Part shown: one piece after another, positions 21,637-29,428 of the stretch
Position numbering within the stretch: the stretch's first letter is position 1
How the letters are laid out: every line of letters starts with the position of its first letter
NCBI GenBank assembly: GCA_965203055.1
Contig: OZ241863.1
Coordinates: 896,001 to 960,000 of the forward strand
Source: Spirochaetia bacterium
GTDB lineage: Bacteria > Spirochaetota > Spirochaetia > SZUA-6 > Bin103
Length of the DNA stretch: 64,000 bases
Direction: 5' to 3'
Program-made: the position numbers and the translations under genes
The notes under the pieces: model-generated
What the model was told of the DNA's origin: nothing
What the model saw: the letters and a program-made list of their open reading frames with translations, nothing else
Database searches by the model: none

Positions 21637-23610
21637 ATGGTACCTCCCCCATGCAGGACGCTTCCGGCGCTGTTGCTGGCCGCCGGTATCGCCGCCCTGA
21701 TGGCGTGCGCGCCGGCGGCGCGTCCGTCCGCCGCGACTGCCGGCCCGGCCAACGGGGGAGCGGGGGAGCCAGGAGGTAAGCTACCACCGAGCGAGCCGCC
21801 GCCAACCCCGCAGCCGGCGGAGAAGCGCTGGACGATCAGCGCGGCTGACTTTGGTGACGGCGCGAACCTGTTGAGCGAAACGTCCAACCGTTCCGCGCCG
21901 TATGCCTGGGAGCGGATCACCGGCGAGGAGGTGCGCGTTTCGATTGGCGGAAACGAGCTGCCGTTCACGAGCACGAGCGCCAAGCCGGTCTTCGCGTCCG
22001 ATCTCTCCGGCGCGGAGTGGACGGTTGCCGCCGAGGTGCGGGCGGGGGCAGTGGAGCTGGTCCTCACCGCCCCGGATCAGTCGGGCGCCGCCGACACGGT
22101 TGAGTCGGTGACGATCACGAACCCGGGGCGCGGCTACACGGCGGACCCGACCGTGACCTTTGCGGCGCCGCCGTCCGGCGGCACCACGGCAACCGGCACT
22201 GCGGCGAGGTCCGGCTACGTCGATTCGGTGACGATTACGACCGCGGGGGACGGCTACCCGGCGGTTCCGACCGTGACGTTCGGGGCGCCGCCGTCCGGCG
22301 GCACTACGGCGAGCGGCGCCCCGGTGGGGTCCGGCTACGTCGATTCGGTGACGATTACGACCGCGGGGAGCGGTTACCCGGCGGTCCCCGCGGTGACGTT
22401 TTCGGCGGCGCCGTCCGGCGGCGCCACGGCAACCGGCTCCGCGTTGGGGTCCCGGCACGTCGATTCCGTGACGATCGGGACCGCCGGGAGCGGCTACCCG
22501 TCGGTCCCCACCGTGACCTTTTCGGGCGGAGGGGGCAGTGGCGCGGCCGGCACCGCGGTGCTGCAAAGCGGCGTAGCGTCGGTGACGCTCACGAACCGGG
22601 GGGCCTTCTATACCTCTGACCCAACCGTGACGTTTGGCGCTCCGCCGCCCGGCGGCACCACCGCGACCGGCACCGCAACGCGACGATCAGAAGTATGGAC
22701 CGTGTCGATGACGAACGGGGGGAGCGGTTACACCTCCGCTCCAACCGTGACGATTGGCGCTCCCCCGTCCGGTGGCACCCGGGCAACCGGCACCGCGGTG
22801 ATCAGTGGCGGTCAAGTGACTTCCGTCACCATCACGAACGGGGGGCGCGGCTACACCTCTGTCCCTTCGGTGACGTTTTCGGGAGGAGGAGGCAGCGGTG
22901 CGGCCGGCAGCGCGCAGGTGGGAACTGACCAACTGGATGGCGTGACGCTCGCGAATCCGGGGAGCGGCTACACGTCTGCCCCTTCCGTAACGTTTTCGGC
23001 CTCGTCGCTCCCCTCTCATACGGCCGCCGGCACCGCGGTGCTGCAAAGCGGCGTAGCGTCGGTGACGCTCACGAACGGAGGGAGCGGCTATACTTCGGCC
23101 CCGACCGTGACCTTTGCGGCAGCGCCAAGCGGCGGCGCCACGGCAGCCGGCACCGCGGTGCTGCGCTACGGCGTAGCGGAGGTGACGGTTACGGACGGAG
23201 GGAGCGGCTACACTTCGGCCCCGACCGTGACCTTTGCGGCGGCGCCGAGCGGCGGCGCCACGGCCGCCGGTACCGCGGTGCTGCGCTACGGCGTAGCGGA
23301 GGTGACGGTCACGGACGGAGGGAGCGGCTACACTTCGGCTCCGACCGTGACCTTTGCGGCGGCGCCGAGCGGCGGCACCACGGCCGCCGGCACCGCGGTG
23401 CTGCGCTACGGCGTAACGTCGGTGAGGGTCACGAACGGAGGGAGCGGTTACACCGCGGTCCCGACCGTGACGTTTTCGGCGCCGGCCAGCGGTACCCGTG
23501 CGACCGGCACGGCAAAGCTGGCCGAGGGCGGCTACGATCAATACCAGAACCTGTATTGGGCGCGCCAAACACTGGCAGGCAAGCAGCTTCTGGTGCAGTT
23601 GGCGGATTAG
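21637..23610 (+). CDS. Lipoprotein with 12 [14 protein letters not shown] repeats (paralog 2)
   Basis: Lipobox AALMAC, same N- and C-terminal segments, repeats at 22099-23520. Confidence 0.88.
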   Translation: MVPPPCRTLPALLLAAGIAALMACAPAARPSAATAGPANGGAGEPGGKLPPSEPPPTPQPAEKRWTISAADFGDGANLLSETSNRSAPYAWERITGEEVRVSIGGNELPFTSTSAKPVFASDLSGAEWTVAAEVRAGAVELVLTAPDQSGAADTVESVTITNPGRGYTADPTVTFAAPPSGGTTATGTAARSGYVDSVTITTAGDGYPAVPTVTFGAPPSGGTTASGAPVGSGYVDSVTITTAGSGYPAVPAVTFSAAPSGGATATGSALGSRHVDSVTIGTAGSGYPSVPTVTFSGGGGSGAAGTAVLQSGVASVTLTNRGAFYTSDPTVTFGAPPPGGTTATGTATRRSEVWTVSMTNGGSGYTSAPTVTIGAPPSGGTRATGTAVISGGQVTSVTITNGGRGYTSVPSVTFSGGGGSGAAGSAQVGTDQLDGVTLANPGSGYTSAPSVTFSASSLPSHTAAGTAVLQSGVASVTLTNGGSGYTSAPTVTFAAAPSGGATAAGTAVLRYGVAEVTVTDGGSGYTSAPTVTFAAAPSGGATAAGTAVLRYGVAEVTVTDGGSGYTSAPTVTFAAAPSGGTTAAGTAVLRYGVTSVRVTNGGSGYTAVPTVTFSAPASGTRATGTAKLAEGGYDQYQNLYWARQTLAGKQLLVQLAD

Positions 23611-23657
23611 CCACGCGGTCCGCAGCGGGCAGGGCCACGCGTGGCGCGGCCTTCCGG

Positions 23658-23686
23658 TTGCCCTTTCCGTGAGTCTGCGGTAGCCT
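23658..23686 (+). promoter_or_regulatory. Candidate promoter for ABC cluster 1
   Basis: TTGCCC-N17-TAGCCT. Confidence 0.35.
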
Positions 23687-23879
23687 GCCGCTCATTGCCT
23701 GGAGGCCGTACCGGTGGCCGCCTTCCCGGGCTTCCCGGGGCGCCGCCCGCGGCCGCGGTTCCGAGCGGGGCACTGAGTGCCGGTGCCGCAGCCGGCGGTG
23801 CCGCGGCCGGCGGAGCCGGCCGGTCGAGCGGCACGCGGGTCTGCAGGCGCATCTTTCATTCCTCCAAGGGGGTGTTCAC

Positions 23880-25946
23880 ATGAGGAACCGAGTGCTCGCG
23901 CTCACCTGCTGGGCGCTGGGAATCGCGCTGGCGGCAAGCCCGCTGTACGCGGGCGGTACCGAAGAGGGAACGCAGGGCGGCGAGGCCGCCGCCATGGCCG
24001 CGACCGGCAGCGACATCGTCAAGGTGGTGGGCCGCTACACCGTGCGGGAGAGCTGGCTCAACCCGCCGACCGCGTCGCAGGTCGGCATCACCAGCTTCCG
24101 GGAGGCGCCGATGCTCGCCGCCATGGTGCAGGCCGGAGACCTGCCGCCGGTGGAGGATCGGCTGCCCGACGATCCGCTGGTGCTGGAGCCCTATGCGGAG
24201 GTGGGCAAGTACGGCGGCGAGCTGCGCGTGGCGCGCACCGGTCCCGGGGACTACGGCGACATGCACCGCGGAGCCAAGACCTTCCTGTTCCGCGCCGACC
24301 CGACGCTGAACGAAATCATCCCCTACGGCGCCAAGGGCTACGAGCTGTCCGCCGACCGCACCGTGCTCACCCTCTACCTGCGCGAGGGGATGAAGTGGTC
24401 GGACGGCATGCCGTTCACCACCGCCGACTTCATGTGGGTGTACGACAACCTGTTCCAGAATCCGGAGATTCCCAGCCAGCGCATCCGCTGGTCGCTGGGC
24501 GGTGAGCTGTCCAAGTGGGAGGCGGTCGACGACTACACGCTGCGCATGACCTATTCCGCGCCGCTGACGCCGACCTACCTGATCCCGCTGCTGAACTTCC
24601 ACCGCACCCGGCAGGGCAACATCTACACGCCCGTGCACTATGTCGAGCAGTTCCACGCCGACTTCAATCCGAAGGCCGAGGAGCTCGCCAAGGCGGAAGG
24701 ATTCGAAAACTGGATCGCTCACCTGAGCGCCCGCATGTCGACCGCGCCTACGGAGCCGTATCCGCAGCCGAAGCTGGCCGCGTGGGTGATGGAGAGCCGC
24801 GACTCGACCGGCAAGTTCAGCATGCGCAATCCCTACTTCTTCGCGGTGGACAGCGCCGGCAACCAGCTTCCCTACATCGATAGCCTGCGGGCGGTCTACT
24901 TCGCCGACAAGCAGGTGGCGATTCTGAACATGATGCAGGGCAAGGTGGACGTCGGCGGGCGCCTGATGGATCCCAGCAGCTTCGCCCTGTACAAGCAGAA
25001 CGAAGAGGTGGGCGGCTACAACTTGCGCGAATGGCAGGACACCAAGACCAGCCGCGTCATCTTCATGTCGAACATGAACCATCCCGATCCGGTCAAGGGG
25101 CCGGTCATCACTGACAAGCGGTTCCGGCAGGCGCTGTCGCTGGCGCTCAACCGGCCCGAGATCAACGAGTTCGTGTTCCTCGGTCTGGCCACGCCGGCGC
25201 AGTACACGGTCGATCCGGGCGCGGCGTTCTACGACGAGGCGTGGGCCCGGTCGTACGCCGATTACGACCCGGAAGGGGCCAAGGCCAAGCTGGACGAGAT
25301 GGGCATGACCGACCGTGACGGCGACGGCTGGCGCGAGGCGCCCGGCGGCGAGGAGTTCATCCTCAACATGCGCCCGCACACCAGCTCGGTGCTCGGCACC
25401 ATGGGCGACAACATCGCCGAGCTGACGCGCACCTACTGGGAGGAGATCGGCATCCGAATCAACTTCAAGCAGATCGCCCAGGAGTTGCAGTGGGAGCTCC
25501 TGCAGGCCAACGAACTGGACATTCTGGTCTGGGTCTCCGAGAATTACATGCCGAGCCGGCTGTCGTCGCCGCCGCCGTTCGGCCTCGACGTGATCATGTA
25601 CTCCACCGAGTGGCGCAAGTGGTACGCGCATCAGCGCTGGGTGGACGGCGGCCGCCAGGGCGACGAGCCGGTTATGGGCACCGAGCCGCCGGCCGAGTGG
25701 AAGCAGTGGCTGGACGACTGGCACGCCTGGGTCGATGCCCCGAACGCCGAGGAGTTCAACCGTCTCGGCGCCAGGGTGTGGGCGTTCCAGGCGGAGCAGC
25801 TGCCGGTCATCGGCACGGTGGCCAAGGCGGTGCGGCCGATCATCATCAACAACCGCATCAACAACGTGCCGGACGTGCTGCCGTTCTCGTTCGAGAGCTT
25901 CCTCTGGGTGCAGACCCTGCCGGCGCAGTGGTACATCGACGAGTAG
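23880..25946 (+). CDS. ABC transporter substrate-binding protein, family 5
   Basis: Signal peptide, EAPML..GDLPPVEDRLP, LREGMKWSDG.PFTTAD, NPYFFAVDSAGNQLPYID and FRQALSLALNR. Confidence 0.92.
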   Translation: MRNRVLALTCWALGIALAASPLYAGGTEEGTQGGEAAAMAATGSDIVKVVGRYTVRESWLNPPTASQVGITSFREAPMLAAMVQAGDLPPVEDRLPDDPLVLEPYAEVGKYGGELRVARTGPGDYGDMHRGAKTFLFRADPTLNEIIPYGAKGYELSADRTVLTLYLREGMKWSDGMPFTTADFMWVYDNLFQNPEIPSQRIRWSLGGELSKWEAVDDYTLRMTYSAPLTPTYLIPLLNFHRTRQGNIYTPVHYVEQFHADFNPKAEELAKAEGFENWIAHLSARMSTAPTEPYPQPKLAAWVMESRDSTGKFSMRNPYFFAVDSAGNQLPYIDSLRAVYFADKQVAILNMMQGKVDVGGRLMDPSSFALYKQNEEVGGYNLREWQDTKTSRVIFMSNMNHPDPVKGPVITDKRFRQALSLALNRPEINEFVFLGLATPAQYTVDPGAAFYDEAWARSYADYDPEGAKAKLDEMGMTDRDGDGWREAPGGEEFILNMRPHTSSVLGTMGDNIAELTRTYWEEIGIRINFKQIAQELQWELLQANELDILVWVSENYMPSRLSSPPPFGLDVIMYSTEWRKWYAHQRWVDGGRQGDEPVMGTEPPAEWKQWLDDWHAWVDAPNAEEFNRLGARVWAFQAEQLPVIGTVAKAVRPIIINNRINNVPDVLPFSFESFLWVQTLPAQWYIDE

Positions 25947-26017
25947 TCACCGTCCAGGGATAAGGAATTGCAGGCGGCGCCTCCCCGGCGCGGGAGGCGC
26001 CGCCGTGAGAGAGCACG

Positions 26018-27013
26018 ATGGTCGACTATCTGATCCGCCGCTTCATGAACATGCTGCTGGCGCTGGTGGTGATCTCCTTCCTGTCGTTCGTGATCATCCA
26101 GTTGCCGCCGGGAGACTTCCTGACCAGCTACATCACCCGCCTGCGCGCCCAGGGCGAGGCGGTGAGCGAGGAGATGGTGGCGAGCCTGTCCCTGCAATAC
26201 GGGCTGGACAAGTCGTTCCTGGGCCAGTACTGGTCGTGGATCACCAACTTCGTGCAGGGCGACATGGGGCAGTCGTTCCGCTACCAGACCCCGGTCAACG
26301 AGCTGGTGTGGGAGCGGATCGGGCTGACCTTCGTCATCTCCCTTTCGTCGCTGCTGTTCATCTGGATCGTGGCCTTCCCGGTGGGCATCTACGTGGCGGT
26401 GCGCCAGTATTCGCCGGGCGATTACGCGGCCACCTTCTTCAGCTTCATCGGGCTGGCGGTTCCCAACTTCATGCTGGCGCTGGTGCTGATGTACGTGAGC
26501 TTCCGCTACTTCCGGATTGACGTTGGCGGCCTGTTCTCGCTGGAGTATCAGGACGCGCCGTGGTCGTTCGGCAAGCTGCTCGATCTGCTCGGCCACCTGT
26601 GGATTCCCACCGTCGTGCTCGGTTCGGCCGGCACCGCCGGCCTGGTGCGCATCATGCGCGCCAACCTGCTCGACGAGCTGCGCAAGCTGTACGTGATCAC
26701 GGCGCGGGCGAAGGGTCTGGCGGAGAATCGGATCGTCATGAAGTATCCGGTGCGGGTGGCGCTCAACCCGTTCATCAGTACGGTCGGCTGGACCCTGCCG
26801 CAACTGATTTCCGGCGCCACCATCACCGCGGTGGTGCTCAACCTGCCCACGACGGGGCCGCTGCTGATCGACGCGCTGTTGGCGCAGGACATGTTCCTGG
26901 CCGGCAGCTTCATCATGCTGCTGAGCATCCTCACCGTCATCGGCACGCTGATATCGGACCTGCTGCTGATCGTCGTCGACCCGCGCATCCGGTTCGAGAG
27001 GAAGACGGGCTGA
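26018..27013 (+). CDS. ABC transporter permease (DppB/OppB-like)
   Basis: IIQLPPGD, YVITARAKGL and VDPRIR. Confidence 0.93.
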   Translation: MVDYLIRRFMNMLLALVVISFLSFVIIQLPPGDFLTSYITRLRAQGEAVSEEMVASLSLQYGLDKSFLGQYWSWITNFVQGDMGQSFRYQTPVNELVWERIGLTFVISLSSLLFIWIVAFPVGIYVAVRQYSPGDYAATFFSFIGLAVPNFMLALVLMYVSFRYFRIDVGGLFSLEYQDAPWSFGKLLDLLGHLWIPTVVLGSAGTAGLVRIMRANLLDELRKLYVITARAKGLAENRIVMKYPVRVALNPFISTVGWTLPQLISGATITAVVLNLPTTGPLLIDALLAQDMFLAGSFIMLLSILTVIGTLISDLLLIVVDPRIRFERKTG

Positions 27014-27017
27014 GCGG

Positions 27018-28205
27018 ATGGCCGAGGCAGACCGCGAGCGCGCCGCCGGCACGGTGGTCGAAACGCGCGAGCTGGTGGTGCCGCGCGTGCCTGAGGCGGC
27101 GGCCGCGGACGACCGCGACGACCGCGCCTTCTACGCCTCGCAGTGGCAGCTCATGCGGCGCCGCTTCTTCCGCCACAAGGTGGCGGTCGGGGCGACGCTG
27201 GCGCTGGCCGCGCTCTATCTGGCGGCGCTGTTTTCGCCGTTCCTGAGCCCCCACGATCCGCTGCAGCGCAGCCTCGCCTACAAGGAGGCGCCGCCGCAGG
27301 TGGTGCGCGTCTTCGCGGAGGGCCGCCTGCGCCGGCCGTTCGTCTACCCGCTGGTGAGCGAGATGGACCGGGAGACCTACGAGAACGTCTACCAGGAGGA
27401 CCGGACGCAGCGCTACCCGGTGCGGCTGTTCGTGCGCGGGTTCTCATACCGGCTGTTCGGGCTGTTTCCCTCCGACCTGCACCTGTTCGGCACCGGCGTC
27501 GAGGGGGTGCCGGTCCATCTGTTCGGCACCGACTCCATTGGCCGCGACGTGTTCTCGCGCACCCTGTACGGTTCGCAGATCTCGCTGTCGGTCGGCTTGG
27601 TGGGGGTGGTGATCAGCTTCTTCCTGGGCATTCTGATCGGCGGCGTGGCCGGCTTCTTCGGCGGCACCGTGGACGAGGTGATCCAGCGCCTGATCGAGAT
27701 CATCATCGGGATTCCGAGCCTGCCGCTGTGGATGGGGCTGAGCGCGGCGCTGCCCACCGGCTGGCCGGTGGTCCGAGTGTACTTCGCCATCACCGTGATC
27801 GTGTCGCTGATCGGCTGGACCAGCCTGGCGCGGGTGGTGCGCGGCAAGTTCCTGTCCCTGCGCGAGGAGGACTTCGTGGTGGCGGCCAAGCTGGCCGGCC
27901 GGCGCGACGTGCCCACCATCTTCCTGCACATGGTGCCCTCGTTCCTCAGCCACATCATCGCCTCGCTGACCCTCGCCATCCCGACCATGATCCTGGCGGA
28001 GACCGCGCTCAGCTTCCTCGGCCTGGGCATGCAGCCGCCGGCGATCAGTTGGGGCGTGCTGCTCAAGGCCGCGCAGAACGTGCACTCCATCGCCCTGGCG
28101 CCGTGGCTGATGATCCCGGGCCTGTTCGTGATCGTCACCGTGCTCGCCTTCAACTTCGTCGGCGACGGCCTGCGCGACGCCGCCGACCCCTACGCCTCCC
28201 ACTGA
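27018..28205 (+). CDS. ABC transporter permease (DppC/OppC-like)
   Basis: FGTDSIGRDVFSR, ETALSFLGLG and GDGLRDAADPY. Confidence 0.93.
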   Translation: MAEADRERAAGTVVETRELVVPRVPEAAAADDRDDRAFYASQWQLMRRRFFRHKVAVGATLALAALYLAALFSPFLSPHDPLQRSLAYKEAPPQVVRVFAEGRLRRPFVYPLVSEMDRETYENVYQEDRTQRYPVRLFVRGFSYRLFGLFPSDLHLFGTGVEGVPVHLFGTDSIGRDVFSRTLYGSQISLSVGLVGVVISFFLGILIGGVAGFFGGTVDEVIQRLIEIIIGIPSLPLWMGLSAALPTGWPVVRVYFAITVIVSLIGWTSLARVVRGKFLSLREEDFVVAAKLAGRRDVPTIFLHMVPSFLSHIIASLTLAIPTMILAETALSFLGLGMQPPAISWGVLLKAAQNVHSIALAPWLMIPGLFVIVTVLAFNFVGDGLRDAADPYASH

Positions 28206-29428
28206 CGGGCCGACCAGATGACGAGTCGCAGCTCGCTGTCGTCGATCAAGGTGTACTCCGGCGGCCGCCCGGACAACTCCTGGCTCTCCCGGAGAATGAC
28301 AGGAACGCCGTCGCCGCGCCGGTCCATGAGGTAGGAGCGCCCGATCCCTGCCGGCGCGGGACAGCGGCCGAGCAGTGAGACGATCAGTTCGTTGCGGTTG
28401 GCCTGCCGCAAGTGCAGGCTGTCGGTAGTCAGCGTGTTGACCAGATCCCCAGGTACGTAGAGCTCCAGCCGATTGGCAAACAGGTGCAGGCGAACGCGTG
28501 TCCCCGCCATCGAGTAATCCCGGTGCGCCACCGCGTTCACCAATGCCTCGAACACCGCCCGGTCGCTGAATTGCGGGCGCTCGACCCGCGCCGTCACCTT
28601 CGTGGCGCGGACGAGCATGTTGCGGCGCACGAAGTGCAGCGCCTCCTCGATCTGCGCGTCCAGCGGTCCTTCCAGATCGCGCGCGTCGTTCTGGTAGTTC
28701 ACGTCGTGGCGTTCGCCGGCGTAGCTCACCGTCTGAATCTGCGCGTGCGGCAGCCACTGCTGCGGGTTCCGCGTGCAGAGCAGGGCTCCGGCCAGCGACA
28801 GCGGCGCGTCGCCGCCGTCAGGGTCTTCGCTCACGATTCGCAGCTTGCGCAGGGTATCCTCGCTCAGCGGGGTATCGTCGCGCAGGAATCGCCGCGTCAG
28901 CGCGTCGTCAAGATACCGCGGCGAGCTTCCCGGCACGGCCGATTCGTCGAAGCGGATCACTCGACTCTGGCTGCGATTCTGAAACAGACGCGCCAACGAC
29001 TCCGGTTGCAGCTCCCGCGTCGAATCTCCGACCCGGCGAAAATATCCGCCGGGGCTTCGGTGAACGAACAGACTGCGGGGCACGTCGACGCGAATGATCG
29101 CTACCGGATCGCCGTCATCTCGCCGTACTTCGACGATGCGAATGTCGACGTCGTCCAGCGGCGGCTTGATGGTATCGGTGCAGATGTTTCTGATCCAGAC
29201 TACGGCGGTGTCCAGCCGCGGCGCCGGCACGCCGACGATCTCACGCGTGCCGTCATCGACGCCCAGCACGAAGGTTCCGCCGCGGCCGTTGGCAAAGGAC
29301 GCCAGGGTGTCGGCTACGCGGTGGCTCCTGGGTTCGGTGACGCGGCCCCCGGAGAAGAATATCCGTTTGTATTCAAGACGGCCGTCCTCTCCGAGGCGGA
29401 TGCGCCGGAGGAGGTCAGTGTCGATCAT
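28190..29428 (-). CDS. Schlafen/AlbA_2 domain plus RecG C-terminal-like (HATPase_c_4) protein
   Basis: GEDGRLEYKR..ASFANGRGGTFVLGVDD; EALVNAVAHRDYS, RNELI and MDRRGDGV. Confidence 0.85.
   Translation of the reverse strand: MIDTDLLRRIRLGEDGRLEYKRIFFSGGRVTEPRSHRVADTLASFANGRGGTFVLGVDDGTREIVGVPAPRLDTAVVWIRNICTDTIKPPLDDVDIRIVEVRRDDGDPVAIIRVDVPRSLFVHRSPGGYFRRVGDSTRELQPESLARLFQNRSQSRVIRFDESAVPGSSPRYLDDALTRRFLRDDTPLSEDTLRKLRIVSEDPDGGDAPLSLAGALLCTRNPQQWLPHAQIQTVSYAGERHDVNYQNDARDLEGPLDAQIEEALHFVRRNMLVRATKVTARVERPQFSDRAVFEALVNAVAHRDYSMAGTRVRLHLFANRLELYVPGDLVNTLTTDSLHLRQANRNELIVSLLGRCPAPAGIGRSYLMDRRGDGVPVILRESQELSGRPPEYTLIDDSELRLVIWSARQWEA

Noticed and set aside
19900..23520. Lipoprotein repeats as a CRISPR array or DGR template/variable repeats
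   Set aside because: They are coding repeats with mostly synonymous or conservative changes; no adenine-specific pattern was noticed and there is no reverse transcriptase in the window
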